A DNA stretch of 64,000 bases from Candidatus Marinacidobacterales bacterium (lineage in GTDB: Bacteria > Acidobacteriota > Vicinamibacteria > Marinacidobacterales > DATDRI01): positions 512,001-576,000 of the forward strand of contig CBDCNP010000002.1 in NCBI GenBank assembly GCA_965219415.1, read 5' to 3'. How positions within the stretch are numbered: the first letter of the stretch is position 1; every line of letters begins with the position of its first letter. A program made the translations under genes and the position numbers. Positions 9,681 to 21,217 of the stretch are shown here, in pieces. Under the pieces are notes generated by a model. That model ran no database searches and was not told the origin of the DNA. It saw only the letters and a list, made by a program, of their open reading frames with translations.

Positions 9681-11390
9681 CTACTTTTCTTTCTCGGCTA
9701 GTGGCAATGGCCGACGAATCATTTTATGGAGATCGGCTCCGGCCGGAACCATGGGGAAGACGGTGTCTTCCTTCTCCACTTTGAAATCGATGACTACCGA
9801 GCCATGCTCGGCGCGGGCTTGCGCGACCGCGTCCTTGATCTCGTCGCGGCGTTCCACTCGCACCCCCGTCAAACCATGCGCCTCGGCGAGCTTGACGAAG
9901 TCCGGGTTACGCATGGGTGTCGCGCTGTACCTTCCACCGTAAAAAAACTCTTGCCACTGCCGCACTAGACCGAGGTAGCCGTTGTTGATGATTGCGACGT
10001 TGACCTTGAGTTCTTCTTGCGCGCAGGTGGAAAACTCCGCGGCGGTCATCTGGATGCCGCCGTCGCCTACGATTGCCCATACTTCCTCGTCGGGCATGGC
10101 CATCTTCGCGCCGATTGCGGCGGGGAGCGCGAAACCCATGGTGCCGAGCCCACCCGATGTAATGAGCTTTTTCGGGTAGTCGTGCTTGTAGTACTGCGCT
10201 TCCCACATCTGATGCTGCCCGACGTCGGTGACGACGAGTGCCTTTCCTTCGGTGTAAGTCCAAAGGTCGTTCATGACGTGTGCGGCGTAGAGGTGACCGC
10301 TGTCGGCGAGATGGAGCACGTCGCGTACCGCCGCGTCGCCTTTGAGATCGCGGACTCGTTCGTGCCATTCCGCGCGATCGCGCGACTCTGCGCCCTCGAG
10401 AAAGACTTCGAGGGTCTCTCGTAGATCACCGACGATTCCCACGTCGACCTTGATGTTCTTATTGATCTCGGACGCGTCGATCTCGACATGGATCTTTCGG
10501 GCGTTGACCGCATAAGTCTGCGGGTTGCCGATGACTCGGTCATCGAAACGCATACCGAACGCCAACAACAGATCCGCTTCCTGAATCGCGTTGTTGACCC
10601 AGGCTTCTCCGTGCATGCCCATCATACCGAGGCTCAGTGGATGGCTGGCGGGGAATCCACCCAGGCCCAAGAGTGTCGAGGCAACCGGAATACGTGTCTT
10701 CTCGACGAAATCCAGGAGCACCTGGGTGGCACCGGACATGAGGACTCCGTGTCCAGCGAGGATGATGGGACGCTTCGCCTCGTTGATGAGCTCGATCGAT
10801 TTTTCGAAGTCTTCGGGAAGAGCACGCAGGTCGGGCCGATAACCCGGCAGTCGCACCGGTGAGTTGTTCCACTCGAACTCGCAGCTACCCTGCTGGGCAT
10901 CTTTGGAGATGTCCACCAGCACCGGCCCGGGCCGACCGGAGTTTGCGAGATACAGCGCCTCTCTCAGTGATCCGGCAATCTCTTCGGTGCGCGTTACCAA
11001 GTAACTGTGTTTTGTGATGGGAAGCGTGATTCCCGTGACGTCCACCTCTTGGAAGGCGTCGGTGCCAATCGCTCCACTCGGAACTTGTCCCGTTATGCAG
11101 AGGATCGGTGATGAATCGAGCCTCGCCGTCGCGATGCCGGTGACAAGGTTCGTGGCGCCTGGACCGGACGTCGCGATGGCGACGCCGACGCGCCCTGAGG
11201 CGCGGGCGTACCCATCGGCCATATGGGCCGCACCCTGCTCGTGTCGGACCAGAACGTGCCGAACGGAATCGGAATAGTCGACGAGGGCGTCATACGCGGG
11301 AAGGATGGCCCCTCCCGGATAGCCGAAGACGACCTCTATCCCCCCTCGTTTCAACACTTCCCAGATGATCTGTGCGCCGGTTCGCTGCAT
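9681..11390 (-). CDS. ilvB: Acetolactate synthase large subunit
   Basis: FGYPGGAILP, RHEQGAAHMADGYAR, TSGPGATN, DVGQHQMW and GDGG...NN ThDP motifs. Confidence 0.97.
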   Translation of the reverse strand: MQRTGAQIIWEVLKRGGIEVVFGYPGGAILPAYDALVDYSDSVRHVLVRHEQGAAHMADGYARASGRVGVAIATSGPGATNLVTGIATARLDSSPILCITGQVPSGAIGTDAFQEVDVTGITLPITKHSYLVTRTEEIAGSLREALYLANSGRPGPVLVDISKDAQQGSCEFEWNNSPVRLPGYRPDLRALPEDFEKSIELINEAKRPIILAGHGVLMSGATQVLLDFVEKTRIPVASTLLGLGGFPASHPLSLGMMGMHGEAWVNNAIQEADLLLAFGMRFDDRVIGNPQTYAVNARKIHVEIDASEINKNIKVDVGIVGDLRETLEVFLEGAESRDRAEWHERVRDLKGDAAVRDVLHLADSGHLYAAHVMNDLWTYTEGKALVVTDVGQHQMWEAQYYKHDYPKKLITSGGLGTMGFALPAAIGAKMAMPDEEVWAIVGDGGIQMTAAEFSTCAQEELKVNVAIINNGYLGLVRQWQEFFYGGRYSATPMRNPDFVKLAEAHGLTGVRVERRDEIKDAVAQARAEHGSVVIDFKVEKEDTVFPMVPAGADLHKMIRRPLPLAEKEK

Positions 11391-11420
11391 TTTGGCTGCC
11401 TGGCCTTCCCTAGAATCAAG

Positions 11421-11479
11421 TACCGACCGACCGACCGGTCGGTAATCTCTAATTTAGCGCGCCTCGCCCCCGGGGTCAA
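11421..11479 (-). promoter_or_regulatory. Sigma70-type promoter of ilvBNC with a palindromic operator downstream
   Basis: Minus strand TTGACC(11479-11474)-17 nt-TAAATT(11456-11451). The perfect palindrome ACCGACCGGTCGGT lies at 11430-11443. Confidence 0.6.
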
Positions 11480-11494
11480 GTTCGTAGGCGAACC

Positions 11495-12985
11495 CTAGAC
11501 CAGCCCGAGAAGGGTCAGCACGGAGAAGACCGCGTAGCCGACATAGAAAAGGCTGGTCAGGGCCATCAGGGCTGTCATGATCCATCCAGGCTTCGCCGCC
11601 GGTGGAAGAAACCGCCGGTTCATCACCAGGGTCAAAGGACAATAGATGGCCATCGCGATCCCCCCAGAGAAGCCGGCCAGGAACAGGAAGCTCTGAGCCC
11701 GGGTACTGGTTTCCAATACGTAGGTCAGAAAACAACCGAGAAGAATCCACGCACCGGCCACCACCGCATACCAGAAACCGAGGGGGCGCTTTCGAGCCGC
11801 GGCGAAATTTGTGTGGAGGATGTCGGACAAGCTGCGCGCGACCCCGTCCACCAGAGTCAGTTGAGTGGACAGAAGCGTCGCGACCGCAACGAGCAGAAAT
11901 ACGGTGGTAAGGGGCGCAAATACGTTTCCCAAGGCGACCGCCTCCAACGCGAGAAAACTGATCTCCTTCCCTTCATAGAAAGCCTGCAGCCCTTCCCACT
12001 CGACGGTGCCGGATTGTGTCAATGGGTAGACCACGGCCAGCGAGGCAAAGATGAATAGCAGGATGGTGAAGTTGCTCAGAAACCAGAAGAAGAGGACCTG
12101 CTCTCGAACCGCGTGAAGCCACCAGCGTCGCCACCGATTGCGATTCTCCGCATCGTCGGGGAAACGATAGCCGGTAAGAGACTCCCTCGGTTCGCGGTCG
12201 CGAAGAATGTTGGTCAAGACGGGGATGCGCCCCCCCATCCCCATGTTCTTGTCGCGTAAGTAGAAACAGAAAAAAAGATTCGCCGTCCCTCCGGCGCCGG
12301 CGAATACGATCCAGCTAAAAAACTGGGGGTAACTCACGGCCGGTTCCTTGTGCCCTAGGTTAACGGCTCCCTTCGCGACGGCGAGCCAAAGATCACTTCT
12401 ACCGAGCAACACCGCGAGGATGAGCAACCCGACGACCGCAACGACGATCATCAATGAAGTCCATCGCTCTACCGATCGATAGATCACCTTGGGACCGAAC
12501 AGCATGAGCGCCACAACGAAGAAGGTAAGAGCGGTCCACACCCAATCCGGCCCCCCTTCCATCGGCGTGACCTGCGGGCCGAGCACTAGCGCACGAAGCG
12601 CCTCCCCACAACTTCGGGCCCAGCCGGGCAAGAGCCATGACGTGACGTTGAGAAGCAAGAACACGAATGCAAAGCCGCGCCACAATCGAGCGTAACCGGT
12701 GTACGCGGTCTCGCCGGTGGCCAGCGCGTAGCGCGCGACCTCAAGGTTGATGACCATTTGCAGAAGAATCCCGATGCCGGCCGCCCATATCATTCCGGTG
12801 CCGTAGCGTCCGACGGCGGTCGGCCAGATTATTAACTCGCCCGCTCCAATAGATAGGCCAACCAAGACCGCGCCGGGCCCAACCAATCGCCAAAAATTGC
12901 CCGGGTAAGGAGGTAGTTCGGCGGACGCGAGGGGCGGAAGGGGCGATCCACTGCGTCGTCGTTGCTTAGCGGTGTCGTCCTGCAT
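11495..12985 (-). CDS. Nramp-like (YcsG-type) membrane transporter
   Basis: '[20 protein letters not shown]' and 'RYALATGET' motifs with about 11 TM segments. Confidence 0.75.
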   Translation of the reverse strand: MQDDTAKQRRRSGSPLPPLASAELPPYPGNFWRLVGPGAVLVGLSIGAGELIIWPTAVGRYGTGMIWAAGIGILLQMVINLEVARYALATGETAYTGYARLWRGFAFVFLLLNVTSWLLPGWARSCGEALRALVLGPQVTPMEGGPDWVWTALTFFVVALMLFGPKVIYRSVERWTSLMIVVAVVGLLILAVLLGRSDLWLAVAKGAVNLGHKEPAVSYPQFFSWIVFAGAGGTANLFFCFYLRDKNMGMGGRIPVLTNILRDREPRESLTGYRFPDDAENRNRWRRWWLHAVREQVLFFWFLSNFTILLFIFASLAVVYPLTQSGTVEWEGLQAFYEGKEISFLALEAVALGNVFAPLTTVFLLVAVATLLSTQLTLVDGVARSLSDILHTNFAAARKRPLGFWYAVVAGAWILLGCFLTYVLETSTRAQSFLFLAGFSGGIAMAIYCPLTLVMNRRFLPPAAKPGWIMTALMALTSLFYVGYAVFSVLTLLGLV

Positions 12986-13102
12986 GCCTTTCCGATTGGA
13001 AAACGCAGACTATCGACTCGCTCGGACGTAATCAAATGTGCGAGAGCACAAGCGCCCGCCGACGTCGACCCCGTGATGTATACTCCGGCGAGGGAGAAAA
13101 AC

Positions 13103-14755
13103 ATGCGTAGCGATGCTGTGAAAACAGGACTTTCCCGCGCGCCGGCTCGGGCGATGCTCAAAGCCACTGGCCTCACCGACGAGGACTTGGCGCGGCCGCT
13201 CGTCGCCGTCGCCAATACTTGGACCGAAGTCACTCCCTGCAACTTTCATCTGCGCCGGCTCGCCGAAAAAGTAAAAGAGGGCGTTCGCTCCGCCGGAGGC
13301 ACGCCGATCGAGTTCAATACCATCACCGTTTCCGACGGCATCGCGATGGGCTCGGAAGGAATGAAGGCATCGCTGGTTTCGAGAGAAATCGTCGCTGATT
13401 CAATCGAGCTCGCGGTAAACGGACACCTCTTCGATGCGGTCGTCGCCATCTCCGGATGCGACAAAACCATCCCCGGGACGGTGATGGCCTTGGTTCGCTT
13501 GGACCTCCCCTCCCTCATGCTTTACGGGGGCTCCATCCTTCCGGGTACTTTTCAAGGACGAGACGTGACGATCCAAGATGTGTTTGAAGCCGTTGGAGCG
13601 TGTGCCGCAGGCCGAATGACGGAGGCCGAGCTCCACGAGCTCGAAGACAACGCTTGTCCAGGCGCGGGCGCATGTGGCGGTCAATTCACGGCCAATACGA
13701 TGTCCACCGCCATGACGATGCTCGGCATCTCACCCATGGGGGTGAACGATATCCCGGCGGTGGCGAAGGAGAAAGACGCCGCGGCCTTCCGCTGCGGTGA
13801 GCTCGTCATGGCGCTTCTCGAAAAAGGCGTCCGGCCTAGTCAAATCATTACCCGCCCGGCGCTCGAGAACGCCATCGCCTCGGTTGCCGCCACCGGCGGT
13901 TCGACCAACGCGGTCCTTCATCTTTTGGCCATTGCCCGAGAAGCGGGTGTGCCTCTGGAATTGGAGGACTTCGATACCATCGCCGCCAAGACGCCGATCA
14001 TTGCCGACCTCAAACCCGGAGGACGCTTTACCGCTCCCGATCTCGAGCGAGCCGGCGGATTACGCCTCTTGACGCAGCGCCTAATGGATGGAGGTTTCTT
14101 GACCGATCACCCCACGGTCAGTGGCCGCACACTCTTCGAGGAGGCGAAGCTTGCCAAAGAGACGGCCGGGCAAACCGTCATCCGTCCTGTAGCGGAGCCG
14201 CTCAAAGCCTCGGGCGGCTTCGCGATCTTGCACGGGTCGCTCGCCCCCGAAGGGTGCGTGGTCAAGCTCGCGGGGCATGACAGAGTTCAACACGAAGGAC
14301 CGGCACGCGTCTTCGAACGCGAGGAGGACGCCTTTGAAGCCGTGCAGAGTGGTGCGATAAACCCAGGCGATGTCGTCGTGATTCGCTACGAAGGTCCCAA
14401 AGGCGGTCCGGGTATGCGGGAGATGCTCGCGGTGACGGCGGCGTTGGTTGGCCAAGGGCTAGGAGACTCTGTCGCACTCATCACCGATGGCCGCTTCAGT
14501 GGAGCGACGCACGGGCTCATGGTCGGGCACGTCGCGCCCGAAGCAGCGGCCGGCGGCCCCATTGCCTTCGTGCAAAACGGCGATACGATTCGATTCGATA
14601 TCGAAGGACGTCGGCTGGACCTCGACGCAAACTTGGAGGACCGCCGCGCCCGCTGGAAACCGCCTACGACCACAAAACCGAAGGGCGTGATGGCCAAGTA
14701 CGCGCAGCTGGTGTCCTCAGCCTCCGACGGCGCGGTCACGACCGCGACGGGTTGA
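13103..14755 (+). CDS. ilvD: Dihydroxy-acid dehydratase
   Basis: [44 protein letters not shown] and TDGRFSG motifs. ATG at 13103. Confidence 0.97.
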   Translation: MRSDAVKTGLSRAPARAMLKATGLTDEDLARPLVAVANTWTEVTPCNFHLRRLAEKVKEGVRSAGGTPIEFNTITVSDGIAMGSEGMKASLVSREIVADSIELAVNGHLFDAVVAISGCDKTIPGTVMALVRLDLPSLMLYGGSILPGTFQGRDVTIQDVFEAVGACAAGRMTEAELHELEDNACPGAGACGGQFTANTMSTAMTMLGISPMGVNDIPAVAKEKDAAAFRCGELVMALLEKGVRPSQIITRPALENAIASVAATGGSTNAVLHLLAIAREAGVPLELEDFDTIAAKTPIIADLKPGGRFTAPDLERAGGLRLLTQRLMDGGFLTDHPTVSGRTLFEEAKLAKETAGQTVIRPVAEPLKASGGFAILHGSLAPEGCVVKLAGHDRVQHEGPARVFEREEDAFEAVQSGAINPGDVVVIRYEGPKGGPGMREMLAVTAALVGQGLGDSVALITDGRFSGATHGLMVGHVAPEAAAGGPIAFVQNGDTIRFDIEGRRLDLDANLEDRRARWKPPTTTKPKGVMAKYAQLVSSASDGAVTTATG

Positions 14756-14758
14756 CGT

Positions 14759-15715
14759 TTAGTCCCGGCCAAACATTTTCATGATCTCCAGGAAAAGTAT
14801 GCTCTCCTCGTCGCCGAGCACGAGGGCGGTGTCCGCATGATCGTGGTCCTCGAGTACCAGAAACTCCGCTCGAGAACCCATTGCCTTTAGCCGTTTTACG
14901 AACAGCCGAGGTGAGTCATGGAGAATCGCCTCACCTGTTCCCGCGGAGAAGAAAACGACTGGAGGCGCGGTGTCGATGTTCTGGAGGGGATCGGCTTCCT
15001 GGCGAAGCGCGGGATCGGCGACGTAAGCATTACCTTCCGCCTTTCTTATCGCGTAGACTCCGCCACCGAGGGCTGCCTCGGGGTCCCCGACAACGATGGA
15101 CGTGCTGATGGGAGCGCAACCCTTGATGAGATCCGCGGGTAGCCTCTTCTCTTTGAGCCACCCTCCCCGTACGCAGACTTCGGCGGCCAATATTCCCCCC
15201 GCTGAATGCCCACCGACATAAATGTGATCCGGATCACCTCCGTAATTGGCAATGTTCCGATACAACCAGGACAATGCCGACCGGATGTCCTCGGGTTGGC
15301 TGGGATAGTAGAAGCCCTGCGGAGTGAGTCGATAGCTGGTGACGGCGGTGATGAAGCCTCGCTTGGCGAAAGGACCGGCAACGTATCCGTAGTGGCTGCG
15401 ATCCCCTTCTCGAAAACCTCCTCCGTGAATGAACAGGAACACCGGCGCCTTGGTGGGTTTCTCTTCGGGGAAGTACAAGTCGAGCTTCTGCTTCTCGTGC
15501 TCCCCAAAGGCGAGATCGAGAGTGTGCGGAAGCTTCTTTCTGGTTTTCGCTGTCCAGTCGTCGAGCATGTCATAGAAGGCGACCCAATCGATCTCGAACG
15601 TGTCGGCATGCGTATACGTGTAGTACTGCGTCTTCTCTTGCGCCTCCCCGGGTGACGGGAGCAGGAGAACGCTACTAAACAAGAGAGTCTTCGCAAGCGG
15701 TTTCGGATTCAGCAA
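14759..15715 (-). CDS. Secreted alpha/beta hydrolase (arylformamidase/esterase-like)
   Basis: Signal peptide; HGGGF oxyanion motif, GHSAG nucleophile elbow and a C-terminal His (HDH). Confidence 0.85.
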   Translation of the reverse strand: MLNPKPLAKTLLFSSVLLLPSPGEAQEKTQYYTYTHADTFEIDWVAFYDMLDDWTAKTRKKLPHTLDLAFGEHEKQKLDLYFPEEKPTKAPVFLFIHGGGFREGDRSHYGYVAGPFAKRGFITAVTSYRLTPQGFYYPSQPEDIRSALSWLYRNIANYGGDPDHIYVGGHSAGGILAAEVCVRGGWLKEKRLPADLIKGCAPISTSIVVGDPEAALGGGVYAIRKAEGNAYVADPALRQEADPLQNIDTAPPVVFFSAGTGEAILHDSPRLFVKRLKAMGSRAEFLVLEDHDHADTALVLGDEESILFLEIMKMFGRD

Positions 15716-15735
15716 TTTCGTTCCCTCCTTGGAAC

Positions 15736-16482
15736 CTAGCGGATCACCTTACCCTTAGAGCTCACCCGGTACGGCTCAGGCAACACAACCTCGACCTTTT
15801 TCCGGAAACCCTTCACTTCCCAGCCGAGTCGCTCTAAGGTTTCGGTGATGCGGGTCTGCACGCGGACAGAGTCCTCTTCGTCACTCACCAGAGCCTCTAA
15901 TAGCGGCTCGCGCGCACGTTCGTCGGCATGCACCTCGAGACACTCTACGGCAGAGATTCGCACCGTGTCATCCGGGCTTTTGAGGCAAGGGATCACACCT
16001 TCCACGACACCGCTCACGGGCATCGACTCGAGCGCCTTGATGATCTGGGTGGCCTTCTCTCCTCGAATGCGAACGGAATCGCCCTGGAAAAGGATCTCGA
16101 GGAGAAAAGGAACGACTTCTTCGTCGGGGCGGAGCGTGCTGAGAGCATCTATCGCCCACGTCAGTTGGTCGTGGCGACGGATATAGAGCTTCAACGGTTC
16201 GACCGCTTCTTGGCCGAAGCCGACGAGCACGTCGCGGACGTACCGTTTTTCGTCCTGATCGACTCCCAGGTTCTCGGTGGTCGCGGAGAAACGGCGCGCC
16301 AGTGAGTAGATCGCTTGGGAGGTGCCGATGGCTTTCAGCTTCTCGACCGCTTCCAAACGCGCGTCATGTTGTGCGTACCGCTCGAGGAGCGTCTTGGTGC
16401 TGCGGTTAATTCGTAGCCTGAGCCTTCCCTCCGCGCTCGTCAGATCTTTGAGCACGGAGAAGGCTGTTTCTACTATCGACAT
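15736..16482 (-). CDS. HEAT-repeat protein
   Basis: Repeated helical units such as 'DDTVRISAVECL...AREPLLEAL'. Confidence 0.7.
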   Translation of the reverse strand: MSIVETAFSVLKDLTSAEGRLRLRINRSTKTLLERYAQHDARLEAVEKLKAIGTSQAIYSLARRFSATTENLGVDQDEKRYVRDVLVGFGQEAVEPLKLYIRRHDQLTWAIDALSTLRPDEEVVPFLLEILFQGDSVRIRGEKATQIIKALESMPVSGVVEGVIPCLKSPDDTVRISAVECLEVHADERAREPLLEALVSDEEDSVRVQTRITETLERLGWEVKGFRKKVEVVLPEPYRVSSKGKVIR

Positions 16483-16781
16483 TATCTCTTATAGCATTAA
16501 TTAGTGGTCGTTCGTCTCTTCGACTCACTCCCGGGCCTCGCTCTTCAATAAATGGAGCGGGGCCCCACCCCCACGCCTCATGCTCCGTCGCTGGCGCGAC
16601 TGGGCATGGGCTCAAGGCTGCGCTCGGCCTCACGCCACGGCCGAATCGTCCGCATTCGGGCTGCTTCGAGGGTATCAGATGTTCCCGGTATCACTTCGAA
16701 GCTACTCACCCCCAGGATAATTCCCTTGCGTCTAGAAAACTGCCCTAACAATTCCTCCCAGCCGGCGGCGCTACGCGCCGA

Positions 16782-18014
16782 CTATAACGCTAATTCAGCG
16801 GGTGCGCCCCCCAAGGCCTCGTCAAAAAAGTCCATGACCCGATTCCAGAAGATCCCGGGGGGTGGGTAGTTGTCGAAACCATGCTCGCCGCCTGGCAGCA
16901 ACCATCGTTCACTGGGTAGACCCGCCTCGCGGCGAAGATCGTCGAGATACTCGGAGTGGTAAGGCGGCACTTGATCGTCGGCGTCGCCGTGAATGAACAA
17001 CACCGGGGCCTGAATCTCGGTAATGACCTCGGCGGGACGGATGCTCATAAGATCGACGCCGGCGCGCCAACGAACCGCGACGCTGAGCGGATAGCGGAGC
17101 CACGTCCCCACGCCGCGCGAGCTCAACATCTCACCGGCGGCGGCCCAAAAGTCCGAGTAGGGTGCGTCGAGGGCCAAGGCGGCGAGGGCGGGGTCCTCGG
17201 CGGCGGCAAAGATGGCGGACGCCGCGCCGTTCGAGGTTCCAAAAACCACCACCCCATCCGGCCGGACCGATTCCTGTTGGCGGACCCACTTAGTGATGCT
17301 GGCTATATCGAGACGCTCGTTCACGGTAAAGGTCACGAAATCACCTTCACTCGCTCCTCGGCCGCTCAAATCCATGGTGAGAAAACCGTATCCGCGACGA
17401 TACCAGTGTTTCGCGCTCTCCAAACCTTGGAAACGCGATGCCCACAAGCCATGCACGAAGACGCCGACTCGCCCATCGCTCCCTTCGGGAGGCGGGACGA
17501 ACCAACCTCGAAGATTGAAACCGCTAGACGAGGCAACCTCCACGTCCTCGTAAGGAAGTCCCAGGTCCGCCGGGTTTCGGAGAAACGGTTTGAGCACCAA
17601 CTGAACATCCCGGGAGACCTCCCCCTCTCTCTCTACGGTCAGCCTCACCGCATCCCCCGCCTCGTACTCGCTGATAAACAGACTGTGAAGCTCTCTTCCG
17701 TCCAGAAACACAGTCCCATCGACGCGAGTGATCACGTCGCCGGACCGCAGTCCGATTTCCCGTCCCGACTCCCATGGTCTGCGGATTTGCAAGCCTTCGG
17801 GATTTTCCGAACGTTCGGTCCAACCCAGAAACGCAAAGCCGGGCACCGGCCCCCCGTCCCGAACCGGGGTCCCGAAGAAGTCCTCACCCGGAACACGGCG
17901 CTGTCCCGTGAGATACGAGAGCGCCATCCGATCCACGGTGTAGGCAGCGAATCCAAGGAGACCCACGAGCAAAACGGTGAGCAACTTCCAGACCCAACGG
18001 CGTTTGTGGCTCAA
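16782..18014 (-). CDS. Membrane-anchored PDZ domain plus alpha/beta hydrolase
   Basis: N-terminal TM; PDZ 'GLRSGDVITRVDG'; hydrolase 'LRGWFVP...VHG', GTSNG elbow, 'IHGDADDQVP' and GGEH. Confidence 0.8.
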   Translation of the reverse strand: MSHKRRWVWKLLTVLLVGLLGFAAYTVDRMALSYLTGQRRVPGEDFFGTPVRDGGPVPGFAFLGWTERSENPEGLQIRRPWESGREIGLRSGDVITRVDGTVFLDGRELHSLFISEYEAGDAVRLTVEREGEVSRDVQLVLKPFLRNPADLGLPYEDVEVASSSGFNLRGWFVPPPEGSDGRVGVFVHGLWASRFQGLESAKHWYRRGYGFLTMDLSGRGASEGDFVTFTVNERLDIASITKWVRQQESVRPDGVVVFGTSNGAASAIFAAAEDPALAALALDAPYSDFWAAAGEMLSSRGVGTWLRYPLSVAVRWRAGVDLMSIRPAEVITEIQAPVLFIHGDADDQVPPYHSEYLDDLRREAGLPSERWLLPGGEHGFDNYPPPGIFWNRVMDFFDEALGGAPAELAL

Positions 18015-18112
18015 GAACGTTCCTCCTTACATACAGGCTTAAGAGGGCATCATAGCCATCGGGCGCCGACCGAGCAAAGCGGCGTGACTGTGCTACATTA
18101 GCCCTTCGCTTC

Positions 18113-18538
18113 ATGTCCACGACCTTTTCCCGCTCGATGCGCTCGCTCGAACGCGACGGGTTTCATTTCACTCTGGCCGCTTTACTCTTCGCTACGCTGC
18201 TTCTCGCTGCGTGGGGCGCCTGGTTTTTTCTCGCCGCAATCCCCGTGTATGCGGTGACCAATAACTTCCGTATCGATACGAGCGGTCCCTCGACAAGAAT
18301 CCTCGCGGAGTTCGATGTCGGCGAAGCTCGTGCCGTCCGGCCGCAGCAGAATGCATGGCTTCGTTCGAACGACACGCGCGCACTGTCCGCGACGGTTGCG
18401 CGAGTCAGTGAAACTAGAGTCGAGCTCATCGTTCACGAACCGATTTCTCCGAACCTACCAAACCAAGGCCAAGTCGAGATCGAAATAGAAAGAGCAACGC
18501 CGTCGACACTCCTGCTTCGTTCGATCGGACGCGACTAA
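18113..18538 (+). CDS. Short HlyD/membrane-fusion-like protein lacking the coiled-coil hairpin
   Basis: 'FSRSMRSL..TM(AAWGAWFF)..PVY' N-terminus and 'GQVEIEIERATP..LLLR' C-terminus resemble MFPs of peptide exporters. It is the first gene of the ABC operon. Confidence 0.55.
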   Translation: MSTTFSRSMRSLERDGFHFTLAALLFATLLLAAWGAWFFLAAIPVYAVTNNFRIDTSGPSTRILAEFDVGEARAVRPQQNAWLRSNDTRALSATVARVSETRVELIVHEPISPNLPNQGQVEIEIERATPSTLLLRSIGRD

Positions 18539-18549
18539 GGCTCCGAACT

Positions 18550-21215
18550 TTGCGCGCCCGACATCGTTTCTTTGCACCGGAGGTGGTCCAATCGTCCGCG
18601 ATGGACTGTGGACCGGCCGCCCTCAAGAGCTTGTTGGACGGCTTCGGGATTCCGGTGAGCTACGGCCGGCTACGAGAGGCCTGCCAAACCGATGTAGACG
18701 GCACCTCCATCGACACATTGGAAGACATTGCGGTCGAGCTCGGCCTCGAAGCCGAGCAGATCTTGGTGCCTACCGATCATGTTCTCCTCCCGGCGGCGCA
18801 TGCGCTACCCGCTTTGGCGGTTGCCGAGCTGCCAAACGGTGGGACGCATTTCGTCATCGTGTGGAGTCGACACGGTCGACTCGTGCAGGTCATGGATCCC
18901 GCCTTCGGCCGAAGATGGATCTCCGAGGAGCGGTTCTTGTATGAGCTCTACGAGCACACCATGCTGGTCCCCGCCGCCGCATGGCGTGAGTGGACGGTCG
19001 GGAGCGAGGCGCGCGGTGCCATCGGGTCGAGGCTCGATGCCCTGAATGTTCCGAAAAACACTTCACGTGATTTGATCGAACAAGCGTCAGCCCGTCCCGA
19101 TTGGAAGGCTTTGGCAAGACTGGACGCTGCCGTCCGGGCAACCGACTCGCTCGCGCGATCGGGCGGCATCGGTCTCGGCGATGAAGCAACGCGTGTTCTG
19201 AGAAGCCTCATCGAAAGCGGCGATATCCCGGAAGACTTTTGGTCGGCGCGCCCCCCTGATGATGATGGGGATGACGCTGATGAGGAGTCGGAGCAAGAGG
19301 AGCACGTCTGGGCACGAGGCGCGGTGCTAGTCCGAGTGCGTGGCCGTCGCCCGTCGTCCACCGACTCCTCCGAGCGCTCAACCGAAGAACTATCCCCAGA
19401 GCTCGTCGCGGCTCGTGAGGAACCTACCGCCCGGCCCGGTAGAGCGTTATTCAAACTCCTTCAGGCCGATGGACGGCTCTCCCTGACCGCTTTGGCCCTC
19501 GCCTTTTTCGTGGTAGCCGGCGGTCTCGTGATCGAAGCACTACTCTTTCGTGGCCTACTGGAGCTGGTTCCAGCGCTCGGCTCATCCACGCAACGGCTCG
19601 GTGCCTTGTCGGCGCTCGTAGCTTTCGCCTTGTTTCTCTTGCTCTCGAGCTCCCCATCGCGGGAGGCATCCTCCGTCTCGGGCGACGGCTCGAAGGCCGG
19701 CTGCGCACGGCGTTCCTAGCGAAAATCCCTCGTCTTGGGGATCGTTACTTTCGAAGTCGACTGATCTCCGATATGGCAGAGCGCAGCCATAGCGTCCACG
19801 GCCTGAGGCGTCTCCCGAATCTGGGTGAGGCCTTCATCGCTTCTTTTTTCGAGCTGACGTTGACGGTTGCAGGAATTATCTGGCTCGCCCCCGCAAGTGC
19901 CCCGGTTGCGCTTTTCGCGGGTGTGCTCGCGATCGGACTGCCGCTGGCAGGTCAACCGGTTCTGATGGAAAGGGACCTTCGCGTGCGGAGCCACCTGGGC
20001 ATCCTTAGTCGCTTCTACCTCGATTCACTGCTAGGGCTGGTGGCGGTGCGGGCCCATGCCGCTGGGCCTTCCATCCGAAACGAGCACGAGGCGGAGCTCG
20101 TGCAGTGGACGAGAGCGCGTTTGTCATTCCAGAGATCCGTGGTCGGTGTCGAGGGCATCCAGGCCCTGACCGGATTCGGGGTTGCCGCCTTCCTCCTATT
20201 GAGTCACCTGAATCGGGGAGGAGACCTGGGGATCGTGTTGCTCTTGGTCTACTGGGCGCTCAACTTGCCGTTTCTCGGTCTCACCATCGCTCAGCTTGCT
20301 TGGCAATACCCGGCCCATCACAACGTCACACTTTGCTTGACCGAGCCGCTCGGTGCGCCCGACGACGAGTCAGACCCGAATTCTCACACAGCAACAAAGA
20401 ACGACCCCGGAAGGAAAACGGGCGCCGCGATTCAGATGCGAGAGCTGAGCGTGCGAGCCGGCGGCCACATCATCCTCGATCGTATCGATCTCGAGATCGA
20501 TCCGGGCAGTCACGTGGCGGTGGTGGGTCATTCCGGCGCGGGCAAGTCGAGCCTGTTCGGGGTCCTCCTCGGCTGGCACCGAGCGAGCTATGGAGGGGTC
20601 CTGATCGACGGCGTCCCCCTGGAGGGTAGCGAGCTCGGACGTCTCCGTTCGGGAACGGCGTGGGTCGATCCGTCGGTTCAGGTTTGGAACCGCTCACTGT
20701 CCGACAATCTGCTGTATGGGCACGAGGGGCCCGCCATGTCTCTCGAGATGGCCATCGATCAATCCGATCTCCGCGACGTACTGGAGTCCTTGCCGCAAGG
20801 CCAGGAAACGCTGCTGGGAGAAAACGGCGGATTGGTTTCAGGCGGTGAAGGCCAAAGAGTTCGGCTCGGCCGCGCGATGATGCGATCGTCGGTGCGCTTG
20901 GTTCTCCTGGATGAGCCGTTTCGCGGCCTTGGGCGCGAACAAAGGGCCGAGCTGCTGGCTCGTTGTCGGGAACTTTGGAAACACGCCACTCTGCTCTGCG
21001 TCACTCACGAGATCGCCGAGACCGATTCGTTCGATCGCGTGCTCGTTATGAACGGTGGAAAACTCGTCGAGGACGGCGCACCGGAATCACTCGCTGCCCA
21101 GGCAAGCTCTCGCTACCGCAACCTGCAGGAGTCCGAAAAAGCGATCGCCGGCATATGCAGTGGCGAGTCTTGGCGACGGCTCGAGCTCGTCGATGGCAAG
21201 TTGGCCGAGCGATAG
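18550..21215 (+). CDS. Peptidase C39-containing ABC transporter (PCAT), one frameshift near 19650
   Basis: C39 catalytic motifs QSSAMDCGPAAL, THFVIV and MDPAFGRR; TMD; Walker A GHSGAGKS, VSGGEGQR and LLDEP. ORFs 18550..19719 and 19773..21215 join across a 1-nt shift. Confidence 0.85.
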
Positions 21216-21217
21216 AA

